Assembly: GCA_030429505.1 (NCBI GenBank)
Contig: JAUIFI010000001.1
Location: forward strand, 600,001-632,000
Length of the DNA stretch: 32,000 bases
Reading direction: 5' to 3'
Source: Candidatus Saccharimonadota bacterium
GTDB taxonomy: Bacteria; Patescibacteriota; Gracilibacteria; UBA4473
Shown here: positions 17,637 through 26,491 of the stretch, one piece after another
Position numbering within the stretch: the stretch's first letter is position 1
How the letters are laid out: each line of letters starts with the position of its first letter
Translations under genes and position numbers: made by a program
Notes under the pieces: model-generated
Told to the model about the DNA's origin: nothing
The model's database searches: none
Seen by the model: only the letters and a program-made list of their open reading frames with translations

Positions 17637-17695
17637 TAAACAAGATTCCTTTTTCAAAATCATAAAACGATCTTCTCGATTCTGTTTTAATCTTA

Positions 17696-17770
17696 TGGAG
17701 CCACCATCGAGACTTGAACTCGAGACCTTTCCCTTACCATGGGAATGCTCTACCACTGAGCTATGGTGGC
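17696..17770 (-). tRNA. tRNA-Thr (anticodon GGU) with genomically encoded CCA
   Basis: The reverse complement folds by hand as GCCACCA-TA-GCTC-AGTGGTA-GAGC-A-TTCCC-ATGGTAA-GGGAA-AGGTC-TCGAG-TTCAAGT-CTCGA-TGGTGGC-T-CCA. All four stems are fully paired. The anticodon loop is A-T-GGT-A-A. Length is 75 nt. Confidence 0.9.
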
Positions 17771-17871
17771 TCATCATCACACACGAAAAAAACAGAAAAC
17801 AGCCTGTGATTTATACGTAAATTCAAAGAAAATTCAAAGATTTTTCCAAAAAAGATGGTACATTACCAACG

Positions 17872-18849
17872 ATGCAAAAAATCCTCATCACCGGTGGTTG
17901 CGGTTTTATCGGATCAAACTTCATTCGACATATTCTGAAAAACAGAGACTATCATATCACCAATCTCGACAAACTCACCTACGCCGGTAATTCGGACAAC
18001 CTCAAAGATATAGAAAATCACAAATATTACAGCTTCATTCAAGGAGATATCGCAAATAAAACTCTGATCGATCGACTATGCGAGAAAGAAAAATTCGACG
18101 GCATCATAAATTTTGCCGCAGAAACTCACGTAGACAGATCCATCGCTGACTCAGATCCCTTTATTCAAACCAATATCATCGGTACTCATACTCTGCTCAA
18201 AGCCGCACAAAAATACAACATCAAAAGGTATCATCAAATCTCAACAGATGAAGTCTATGGCGATCTCGGTGACAATTCTACTGATTACTTTACAGAAGAC
18301 ACTCCCCTTGCTCCCAATTGCCCCTACGCCTCCGCAAAAGCTGCTGGAGACCTACTGGTAAAAAGTTGGCAAGAAACATATCAACTTCAAACCATTATTA
18401 CACGGTGTTCTAACAATTTTGGTCCCTATCAATTCCCAGAAAAACTCATTCCTTTTTTTCTCTTCAAAGCACAGCAAAATGAAAATCTTCCTCTCTACGG
18501 AGATGGAAAAAACATCCGCGACTGGTTATACGTAGAAGACCACTGCGAAGCCATACTGCTCGCTTTTGAAAAGTCAGATCCAGGCGAGATCTGGAACATC
18601 GGTGGACATAACGAAAAAAACAATATCGAAATCGCCCAACTTATTACGAAAGCTACCAACACCTCCTCAAAAATAATTTTCATCCCAGACCGTCAAGCTC
18701 ATGACCGACGATACGCTATGGACGCAAGCAAAATAGAAAACAATCTCGGATGGACGCCAAGACACAATTTTAAACAAGCTTTAGAAAAAACCATTGATTG
18801 GTATCAAAAAAATAAAAAATGGGTAGCCAACGCTCGAAAAAAGGTGTAA
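17872..18849 (+). CDS. rfbB: dTDP-glucose 4,6-dehydratase
   Basis: ILITGGCGFIGSNF Rossmann motif and the catalytic YASAKAAGD (YxxxK). Length and overall text are typical of RmlB. An extended -10 (TGG-TACATT, 17856-17864) ends 7 nt before the ATG. Confidence 0.88.
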   Translation: MQKILITGGCGFIGSNFIRHILKNRDYHITNLDKLTYAGNSDNLKDIENHKYYSFIQGDIANKTLIDRLCEKEKFDGIINFAAETHVDRSIADSDPFIQTNIIGTHTLLKAAQKYNIKRYHQISTDEVYGDLGDNSTDYFTEDTPLAPNCPYASAKAAGDLLVKSWQETYQLQTIITRCSNNFGPYQFPEKLIPFFLFKAQQNENLPLYGDGKNIRDWLYVEDHCEAILLAFEKSDPGEIWNIGGHNEKNNIEIAQLITKATNTSSKIIFIPDRQAHDRRYAMDASKIENNLGWTPRHNFKQALEKTIDWYQKNKKWVANARKKV

Positions 18850-18874
18850 GAACTAATTGTAATCAGAGGAAAAC

Positions 18875-20539
18875 ATGAAAAAACTTCTCATCGGATTTAG
18901 CCTGCTTCTCATATCAATCAGCGTATCCGCTCAAGACATAACTCCGGAACTTGAAATAATACTAAGTCCAGGAAATCTTCCTACTCAAAGAGTACACCCT
19001 GGAGACAAAAATGTTGAAGCTCTCAGAGTATGGTTCACCACCAAAAATCATCCCAACAGCGAAACATTAGTAAAAAAAATAAACTTCCGTCATCAAGGAG
19101 ATGATAAAGATCATTGGCTACGCTATCGTCTGATGGACGGAAATAAATTAGTAGGAAAAGTATCCCTCATAAACTCAGACGTAATTGAATTCAATAATCT
19201 CAATATCAATCTCAAAGATGGAAAAACAACCGAGTTAAGATTACTTGGGGACATATCCATTGGTAATATAATCGGTACACACACCTTTACCCTCGCCCAT
19301 CCAGAAGATATTTTTTTAGAAAAAGATGATATCAGACATCCCGATACATTTATATCAGGAGACTTTCCCTTTACTTCCAATCGAATTCTCATTGGAGAAG
19401 ATTTCAGTACTCCCTCATCCGATTGTAACTTTCGCGAAGAACCAGTCTGTGGAGAAGATGGAAAAACATACTATAACCGATGTATTACATTCCAAAAAAA
19501 CATCGATATCCTCCACGAAGGAGCCTGTACACAACAAAGTATTCCAGAGATCAAACCCTGTCCCGAAACGGACGAGCCAGTTTGTGGAGATGATGGATTC
19601 ACATACACAAATCAATGCTTTTTAGACCGTAAAGAAGATGTCTTTAAAAAACATAATGGTACCTGCTTTCCAAAAAGTTTCTCTCGAATCAAAAACTTTT
19701 CTCACGTCACCGACCTCTTTCAACTAAAACAAAATGAGCTTGAATCCATAAGACCAAAACTTTCAGAAAATGCAGTAGAGCGACTACAAGAAGGAATATT
19801 TACACTCAAAAATTATAACTTTACTGCAAAAAATAAAACTGGGCTTATAGATCACATCTATACTTTTTTGGAATTTACTCAAAACCCATCTGACCGCAAC
19901 AGACTCGAACAAGAAATAGAACTATTGAATAAATACATCATCGAAGCTCGAACCCAGTCCGCTCAAGAAAAATACACAAATGGAGACATTCCATTTCTAG
20001 ATGTTGATGATAATGCTTGGTTCTTTCGTTCAGTACAATTTCTCGAAGATCAAGATTTGTTACAAAGCCTGCTCTATGAAACCATCAATGATCCAAATAG
20101 ATTCTTACCTCACGAACACGTCACCAAAGCCGAAGTAACAAAGCTTATATTCGACATGGCAAACAAAGATTACAGTCAAGAATGGGAAGCTAAAAATCCA
20201 TTTGCTCCCTCTCATTGGGCATACAATATCATATCACTCGGTGAAAAACTCAATCTCACCCTCTGGCAAGACCAACCCAATCCTGATAAAAAAGCCACTC
20301 GACTCGACGTCATAAAACTCATATTTGAAGTATTTGGTCTTCCAATATCAGAAAGCTACAAAACCACTTCATTTACTGACGTATCATCAGACGCCCCTGA
20401 CAAAAACCTGATTCAAAGTGCTCGAAATATGAAACTTGTCTCAGGGTATCCGGACCTCACATTTCGCCCTGAACGCATTGTAAGCCGAGCTGAAGTTACC
20501 AAAATAATCGAAAATCTTCACAACATCCTAGCCAAATAA
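18875..20539 (+). CDS. Secreted surface protein: N-terminal beta-rich region, two tandem Kazal-type inhibitor-like domains and three C-terminal SLH-like repeats
   Basis: Signal peptide MKKLLIGFSLLLISISVSAQ. Kazal signatures CNFREEPVCGEDGKTYYNRCITFQKNIDILHEGAC and CPETDEPVCGDDGFTYTNQCFLDRKEDVFKKHNGTC. SLH-like units such as FTDVSSDAPDKNLIQSARNMKLVSGYPDLTFRPERIVSRAEVTKII. Confidence 0.7.
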   Translation: MKKLLIGFSLLLISISVSAQDITPELEIILSPGNLPTQRVHPGDKNVEALRVWFTTKNHPNSETLVKKINFRHQGDDKDHWLRYRLMDGNKLVGKVSLINSDVIEFNNLNINLKDGKTTELRLLGDISIGNIIGTHTFTLAHPEDIFLEKDDIRHPDTFISGDFPFTSNRILIGEDFSTPSSDCNFREEPVCGEDGKTYYNRCITFQKNIDILHEGACTQQSIPEIKPCPETDEPVCGDDGFTYTNQCFLDRKEDVFKKHNGTCFPKSFSRIKNFSHVTDLFQLKQNELESIRPKLSENAVERLQEGIFTLKNYNFTAKNKTGLIDHIYTFLEFTQNPSDRNRLEQEIELLNKYIIEARTQSAQEKYTNGDIPFLDVDDNAWFFRSVQFLEDQDLLQSLLYETINDPNRFLPHEHVTKAEVTKLIFDMANKDYSQEWEAKNPFAPSHWAYNIISLGEKLNLTLWQDQPNPDKKATRLDVIKLIFEVFGLPISESYKTTSFTDVSSDAPDKNLIQSARNMKLVSGYPDLTFRPERIVSRAEVTKIIENLHNILAK

Positions 20540-20549
20540 AGCAAAACGA

Positions 20550-21929
20550 ATGGCAAAAACCGCTACTCAGTTTCTCTGCTCGGAATGTGGCGATACTTTT
20601 GCCAAATGGTTTGGAAAATGTCCTTCGTGCCAAGAATGGAACACGCTCAAAGAATTTCGAGAAGCAAAAATTTCAGGAACAAAAACAAACCCCAGCACAA
20701 TCGGAACAGATCTAAAAACCAAGCCAAGAATACACTCCGTCCCTCAAAATCTACAAGTTAAAAGAATTTCTACTCTGATAGACGAAGTAGACAGAGTTCT
20801 CGGAGAAGGATTTTTCCCAGGTAGCATGATCCTTTTTGGCGGCAGTCCAGGAATAGGAAAATCCACCTTATCACTTCAAATATTCATCAACCTCATCCAA
20901 GCAAAAAAACATCAAGCCTTTTATTTTTCAGGTGAAGAAAGTCAGGAACAAATAATTCACAGAGCTGAAAGACTATCTTCCTCAGTTTCGCAAGACATAA
21001 AAAACAATATCTTCAGCACTAACGCCCTCGAAGACATTCTGCACACCACTCAAACGCACAATCCTGATATAATTGTCATTGACTCTATCCAAATGATCGG
21101 ACTAGAACATAATTTAGCCGGAAGTATGACACAACTACGAACAAATGCTGAAATTCTCCTCAAGCTTGCCAAACAAACAAACACCACCATCCTCATCATA
21201 GGACACGTCACCAAAGACAATGAAATCGCCGGTCCAAAAGTGCTCGAACATATAGTCGATACCGTTATTCATCTCGAAGGAGAAAAAAACTCTGACATCA
21301 GACTCCTCCGCTCTTCAAAAAATCGATTCGGATCAACCCTCGAGGTCGGCGTCTTCGAAATGCGTCCCGAAGGATTAAAAACACTAAAAAACCCATCAGA
21401 ATTTTTTCTCTCAGAACGATCTTCCAATACATGTGGCTCAGCTATAACTGTCACCAGAGAAGGATCAAGAAATTTTGTAACAGAAATCCAAGCTCTCACC
21501 GTCAAAACAAATTTCGGACTCCCTCGCCGTACCAGTCACGGCATCGACCTCTCTAAACTCCATCTACTCCTTGCCGTGATTTCTAAATTCACCCCCTTTC
21601 CCTGTGAAAATTTTGACGCATACCTGAACGTCACCAGCGGATTAAAGCTCAAAGAACCGGCTTGCGATCTCGCTATCATCGCTGCCATCTTAAGTTCCCG
21701 ATGCGAAAAAGAAATACCTCCATCTATATTATTTCTCGGCGAAGTCGGACTATCAGGTGAGATCAGATCCGTTAGTAACCTCGAACAAAGACTCAATGAA
21801 GCTGCTAAACTTGGATTCCAAAAAGCCATCATTCCCAAGGTAAAAAATATCCCCTCTATAAAAGACATACACCTCAAAAGCATTAAACATATAAGTGAAC
21901 TCATCAAAGAATTATTCCAAAAAAGTTGA
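20550..21929 (+). CDS. radA: DNA repair protein RadA/Sms
   Basis: Zinc finger CSECGDTFAKWFGKCPSCQEWNT, Walker A GGSPGIGKST, the KNRFG motif and a Lon-protease-like C-terminal domain. Confidence 0.92.
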   Translation: MAKTATQFLCSECGDTFAKWFGKCPSCQEWNTLKEFREAKISGTKTNPSTIGTDLKTKPRIHSVPQNLQVKRISTLIDEVDRVLGEGFFPGSMILFGGSPGIGKSTLSLQIFINLIQAKKHQAFYFSGEESQEQIIHRAERLSSSVSQDIKNNIFSTNALEDILHTTQTHNPDIIVIDSIQMIGLEHNLAGSMTQLRTNAEILLKLAKQTNTTILIIGHVTKDNEIAGPKVLEHIVDTVIHLEGEKNSDIRLLRSSKNRFGSTLEVGVFEMRPEGLKTLKNPSEFFLSERSSNTCGSAITVTREGSRNFVTEIQALTVKTNFGLPRRTSHGIDLSKLHLLLAVISKFTPFPCENFDAYLNVTSGLKLKEPACDLAIIAAILSSRCEKEIPPSILFLGEVGLSGEIRSVSNLEQRLNEAAKLGFQKAIIPKVKNIPSIKDIHLKSIKHISELIKELFQKS

Positions 21930-21977
21930 TTCTTTCCCATCCCCCTTTTAGACTGAAGAAAATAAATTACAAAAAAC

Positions 21978-22421
21978 ATGAAAACACTTTTTTTCCTCTT
22001 CACATTAGCTCTCATCCCACTACTCACCGGATGTGGAACCGACAAGACCGAAACCAAAACTTCTAAAAATCCTACCTCTATGACAAAAACTACTGATTCT
22101 GATCTCGTAATCGAAGATATCAAAGAAACCGACGGCAGACTCGTCAAAGACGGCAGTAACATCATCGTTCATTACGTCGGCACCTTTCCGGACGGCACCA
22201 AATTTGACTCCAGCCGTGACCGAGGCGAACCCTTCAAATTCACCGCCGGTGGTGGACAAGTCATCAAAGGCTGGGACGAAGGTGTCATCGGTATGCGCGT
22301 GGGAGAAATTCGAAAACTCACCATTCCGCCACACTTAGCCTACGGTGAAGACGGTATTGGTCCTATACCACCAAATAGCACTCTCGTTTTTGAAATCGAA
22401 CTACTCGAAATCAAAAATTAA
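21978..22421 (+). CDS. FKBP-type peptidyl-prolyl cis-trans isomerase, lipoprotein
   Basis: Lipobox LLTGC, followed by the FKBP core [39 protein letters not shown]...LAYG. Confidence 0.88.
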   Translation: MKTLFFLFTLALIPLLTGCGTDKTETKTSKNPTSMTKTTDSDLVIEDIKETDGRLVKDGSNIIVHYVGTFPDGTKFDSSRDRGEPFKFTAGGGQVIKGWDEGVIGMRVGEIRKLTIPPHLAYGEDGIGPIPPNSTLVFEIELLEIKN

Positions 22422-22507
22422 GGTTCACTAAAAAGATATTCTCGTAAGTTAATTTTTATAAGGAAATATATTAAGTATGTATTTCTTTGGAAAAAGTAGA
22501 GTGTAAA

Positions 22508-23818
22508 TTAAGAAAAGGAATCTGGAACCGGAAGCTTTCTACAAAGCTCCCGCACTTTTTCTCGAACAGATTTCTTTTTTGCTTCATCATTCTTATTTTC
22601 TAAAGTATCCACAATAAAGTTCGCTACCTGCGTACACTCTGCCTCTCTAAACCCACGAGTCGTAATCGCCGGAGTACCAAGACGAATACCAGACGGATCA
22701 AAAGGCTTACGAGTATCATCAGGTATCGAATTCATATTGAGTGTAATCCCCACCGCATCCAATACTTCTTGAGCTTCTTTCCCTCCAACACCAAAAGATT
22801 GAAATACATCAAGCAACAATAAATGATTTGATGTCCCCCCATACACCATTCTTACTCCTCGCTCACGAAAAACATTCTCCATAGCTTTCGCATTCTTCAA
22901 AACTTGCCTGGCATACGTCTGAAAAGAAGGTTGCAACGCTTCCTGAAAAGCCACCGCCTTCGCCGCCACTATGTTCATGTGAGGACCACCTTGTAATCCC
23001 GGAAAAACACTCCGATCAATAAGCGTCGGCAAATTCTCTACGGTTTTTTCCGGCTTGCGAAATGGATTCCCCACCACTCCTTGACTCAAGATCATCCCAC
23101 CTCTCGGACCTCGCAACGTCTTATGCGTCGTCGTAGTCATCACCTGAAACCCAAAATCAAACGGATTTTTCAAAATCTTCCCAGCAATCAAACCAGCAAT
23201 ATGCGCCATATCAGCCATCGCTACCGCTCCTACCTCGTCAGCAATCGACTTCATTACAGCATAATCATACTCTCGCGAATAACATGAAAATCCCGCCAAA
23301 AGAATCTTTGGCTTTTCTTTCTTTGCCACTTCTCGCAACTGATCATAGTCAATCTCTCCTGTTTCAATATCTCGAACCTTATATCGTACAAACCGAAACA
23401 ACTTTGACATATATGTCACCGGATGACCATGAGTGAGATGTCCCCCATGCCCCAAATCCATACCAAGAACCGTATCCCCTGGCTCCAACCACGAAAAATA
23501 CACCGCAATATTTGCAGGAGCACCAGACAATGGTTGTACATTCGCATGATCACACCCAAACAATTTCTTTGCTCGCTCAATCGCTAAATTCTCCACCACA
23601 TCAGTAAACTCCTGCCCTCCATAGTACCGTTTCCCCGGATACCCTTCCGCATATTTATTCGTCAACACCGAAGCATTTGCCTCTCTCACTGCTCGAGACA
23701 CATAGTTTTCTGACGCAATCAATTCCAAGCCTTCCGCCTGACGTTTTTCTTCTCCTCTTAAAGCCTTATAAACATCAGTATCCTGAGATTGAAGATACGA
23801 TAAATCTTGCTCTTGCAT
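22508..23818 (-). CDS. glyA: Serine hydroxymethyltransferase
   Basis: LELIASENY, GYPGKRYYGG and the PLP-lysine region TTTTHKTLRGPRGG. Confidence 0.95.
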   Translation of the reverse strand: MQEQDLSYLQSQDTDVYKALRGEEKRQAEGLELIASENYVSRAVREANASVLTNKYAEGYPGKRYYGGQEFTDVVENLAIERAKKLFGCDHANVQPLSGAPANIAVYFSWLEPGDTVLGMDLGHGGHLTHGHPVTYMSKLFRFVRYKVRDIETGEIDYDQLREVAKKEKPKILLAGFSCYSREYDYAVMKSIADEVGAVAMADMAHIAGLIAGKILKNPFDFGFQVMTTTTHKTLRGPRGGMILSQGVVGNPFRKPEKTVENLPTLIDRSVFPGLQGGPHMNIVAAKAVAFQEALQPSFQTYARQVLKNAKAMENVFRERGVRMVYGGTSNHLLLLDVFQSFGVGGKEAQEVLDAVGITLNMNSIPDDTRKPFDPSGIRLGTPAITTRGFREAECTQVANFIVDTLENKNDEAKKKSVREKVRELCRKLPVPDSFS

Positions 23819-23889
23819 AAACTTGAACCAATAAAAAACACCAGTATCTTAATTATTTCTCACATTCTGTCATCCGAAATTAAATCATC

Positions 23890-23917
23890 TGGACAAGACA
23901 ATATGACTTCATACAAT
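23890..23917 (+). promoter_or_regulatory. Candidate promoter TGGACA-16 nt-TACAAT ending 8 nt before the trmB ATG
   Basis: TGGACA at 23890-23895 and TACAAT at 23912-23917. The ATG is at 23926. No Shine-Dalgarno sequence. Confidence 0.4.
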
Positions 23918-23925
23918 AACAAAAA

Positions 23926-24561
23926 ATGGCTATCAGAGTCCGTCCACACGTCAATCCCTTCTCAATCCTCAAAGAACATCAGTTCGAAGGTTTTTCAAAC
24001 ACCAATCCGATCGTTATCGACGTCGGAGCATGTAAAGGTGAGTTTTCAGAAACCCTAATAAAAAAATACCCAGACCGAAATTTCATCCTTTTTGAAATCC
24101 GAACTCCTCTAGTTAAAAAACTAAAAGAAAAATTCAAAGATCATGCAAACGTAAAAATCTTCGACGGAGACGCCGGACGAAACTTCAAAGCTGTCATACA
24201 ATCCTCACTAAACAAAGGAATAAATATCGAAACCATCTACATTAACTTTCCCGATCCCTGGCCCAAAGACCGACACAAAAAGCGACGTTTTCTTAATGAA
24301 AAATTTCTCAACCAAGCCGCCATCTATATCCAACCAGAAACAGAATGGATATTCCAAACCGATCAAAAGCCACTCTTTGACGACACTATAGAAATACTCC
24401 AAAACTCCCCCTTCAATAATATTAAATACTTTAATACTCCTCCTTTTAATATTCAAACAGACTGGGAACAAGCCAAAGTTAGAGAAGGACAAGAAATATT
24501 TCGCATGAAGTTCAAAAAAAAGTCCGCCGGCGAGGTTTCACCGGCGAACGTGCGTTCTTAG
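23926..24561 (+). CDS. trmB: tRNA (guanine-N7)-methyltransferase
   Basis: IDVGACKGEF SAM-binding motif and the TrmB signature INFPDPWPKDRHKKRRF. Confidence 0.88.
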   Translation: MAIRVRPHVNPFSILKEHQFEGFSNTNPIVIDVGACKGEFSETLIKKYPDRNFILFEIRTPLVKKLKEKFKDHANVKIFDGDAGRNFKAVIQSSLNKGINIETIYINFPDPWPKDRHKKRRFLNEKFLNQAAIYIQPETEWIFQTDQKPLFDDTIEILQNSPFNNIKYFNTPPFNIQTDWEQAKVREGQEIFRMKFKKKSAGEVSPANVRS

Positions 24562-24611
24562 ATTCAGGAAATCTTTACATCCTGAAGCGACAAAAGATTT
24601 CCCTAGACTTC

Positions 24612-26153
24612 CTATCTCGCCACCTCCTCAAACCGATTCTCCCGAATCACCGTCACCTGGACCTCTCCCGGATACTGACATTCTTTCTCTAACTTTCGAG
24701 CAATATCAAACGACAATTTTTTGGATTTGAGATCATCCAGTTCCTTAGCATTTACAAATACACGAACTTCCCTCCCAGCCTGAATCGCAAAACTCTTTTC
24801 CACCCCTTTAAAAGAACCAGCAATAGATTCTAATTCTTTCAAGCGTTTAATGTATTTTTCCAAAGTCTCTCGACGCGCTCCAGGACGAGACGCAGAAATA
24901 GCATCCGCTGCTTGAATAATTCGAGCCTCAATCGATTCATACGGAAAATCTTCATGATGAGACTTCATAGCCGTCACAATTCGCTCATCAATCCCAAATT
25001 TTTCTAAAATATCCTTCCCAATCACCGCATGCCCTCCTTCAACTTCATGAGACACAGCCTTCCCTATATCATGTAAAAGCCCAGCCTTTCGACAAATATC
25101 TGAATCCGCCCCAGGAATTTGATTAGCAATACTTTCAGCTAGCCAACCAACCTCTTTAGAATGATCCAAAACATTCTGACCATAAGACGTACGAAATCGC
25201 AATCGACCAAGTAACTTAAGCACCGGATCAGGCAATCGATCCATATCTAAATCTTGAGCCGCTTTTTGCCCTATTTCGAGAATAAGCTTATCCGTACTTC
25301 TCTCTGCATCACGAATAGATTCTTCGATACGTGAAGGATTAATCCGCCCATCTTTCACCAATCTCTCCAAAGCCACTTTGGCTACATAACGACGAAACAT
25401 ATCAAAACAAGACAAAGTAATCGTCCCCGGACTGTCATCAATAATCACATCTACACCTGTCAGCATTTCAAATGCATTGATGTTACGTCCTTCTTTCCCA
25501 ATAATCTTTCCCTTCAGTTCCTCAGAATCAATCTTGACCACAGACGTTGTATTTTCAACCGTCGTAGTCGAAGCTTGTCTTTGAATAGAACGAATCAAAA
25601 CCTCATTCGCCTCTTCATCAGCTTTTTCTCGCATTAATTCTACCCGACGCCTCAAGGTATCAGTCAATTGATCAGAAACTTCTGTCTCCATACGCTTGAG
25701 AAGTTCCTTTTTAGCATCTTCTTTCGACAGTTTAGATAAAGAAGCCAGCACCTGATCCTGTTCATCCGTTTTTTTCTGTAAAATCTGTTTTTGCGCTTCA
25801 TAATTTTTAAGGGCCGATTCGTATTTTTCTTTTTGCGCATCAGCTTTTTCCATTCTCTGTTCAAGCATTCCTTCACGTTTAGCTATTCTCTCATCAGCTT
25901 GTTGCTGCATATGATGAATACGTTTACGAGATTCATTCTCTTCATCTTGAAGAGAATGGCGAGTTTTCTGAGCTTGGTGTCGAGCATCAGACAAAAGCTT
26001 TTCCGCTTCCTGTTGAGCTGTATGGTGAATACGCTTGGCTTCATGCCGAGCTTTTTCCTCTATTTTTTGAGATTTAGGTCGAAAGATCGCAAATCCACCA
26101 CCTACACCCAATACCAAGCCAACAATACCGGCAATGATAAGATTAATTTCCAT
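24612..26153 (-). CDS. rny: Ribonuclease Y
   Basis: N-terminal transmembrane helix (MEINLIIAGIVGLVLGVGGGFAIF), a charged coiled-coil region, a KH domain (GKIIGKEGRNI) and an HD domain (LLHDIGKA). Confidence 0.92.
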   Translation of the reverse strand: MEINLIIAGIVGLVLGVGGGFAIFRPKSQKIEEKARHEAKRIHHTAQQEAEKLLSDARHQAQKTRHSLQDEENESRKRIHHMQQQADERIAKREGMLEQRMEKADAQKEKYESALKNYEAQKQILQKKTDEQDQVLASLSKLSKEDAKKELLKRMETEVSDQLTDTLRRRVELMREKADEEANEVLIRSIQRQASTTTVENTTSVVKIDSEELKGKIIGKEGRNINAFEMLTGVDVIIDDSPGTITLSCFDMFRRYVAKVALERLVKDGRINPSRIEESIRDAERSTDKLILEIGQKAAQDLDMDRLPDPVLKLLGRLRFRTSYGQNVLDHSKEVGWLAESIANQIPGADSDICRKAGLLHDIGKAVSHEVEGGHAVIGKDILEKFGIDERIVTAMKSHHEDFPYESIEARIIQAADAISASRPGARRETLEKYIKRLKELESIAGSFKGVEKSFAIQAGREVRVFVNAKELDDLKSKKLSFDIARKLEKECQYPGEVQVTVIRENRFEEVAR

Positions 26154-26455
26154 AAAAAAGGGTAAGAAAAGAAAGGCTCTTTTCCTTTTCTGCTAAAACC
26201 TCTGCATATATCAGAAAAATGCAGCACCAAACGGTGAGATAGAAAGAATAATGTAAAAGTATTGATTCATATCGAAAAGAAAAATTCCTAGCGCCACTCT
26301 AACAAAAGGACCACAAAAGTCAATCACAAGAAAAAACTAAAAAAACACATAAAGAAAGTATTCCAAAAAAGAAGACTTAAAAAGCAAAAAAATATTCTCG
26401 AAATTCGCATTGACAAGAAATAAGAAATTATTCAAAAAAGCATGAATAATGCATA

Positions 26456-26484
26456 TTGACCAAATTGTAAATATATTATATAAT
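26456..26484 (+). promoter_or_regulatory. Sigma70-type promoter TTGACC-17 nt-TATAAT ending 7 nt before the prsW ATG
   Basis: TTGACC at 26456-26461, a 17-nt spacer, and a perfect TATAAT at 26479-26484. The ATG is at 26492. Confidence 0.55.
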
Positions 26485-26491
26485 ATGAAGA

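Noticed and set aside
16856-17695. A complete integrated element at tRNA-Thr, which would need an att direct repeat and an integrase.
   Set aside because: I found no copy of the tRNA 3' segment (such as tggagccaccatcgag) in 16856-17186. There is also no integrase, recombinase or other mobile-element gene. At most this is a remnant.
24563-24602. Two mutually exclusive hairpins between the convergent trmB and rny genes: TTCAGGA/TCCTGAA at 24563-24586, and GGAAATCTTT/AAAGATTTCC at 24567-24602. Together they could form a bidirectional terminator or a switch.
   Set aside because: Neither hairpin is followed by a U-tract on either strand, and the stems are short and AT-rich. The evidence is too weak to annotate a terminator or riboswitch-like element.
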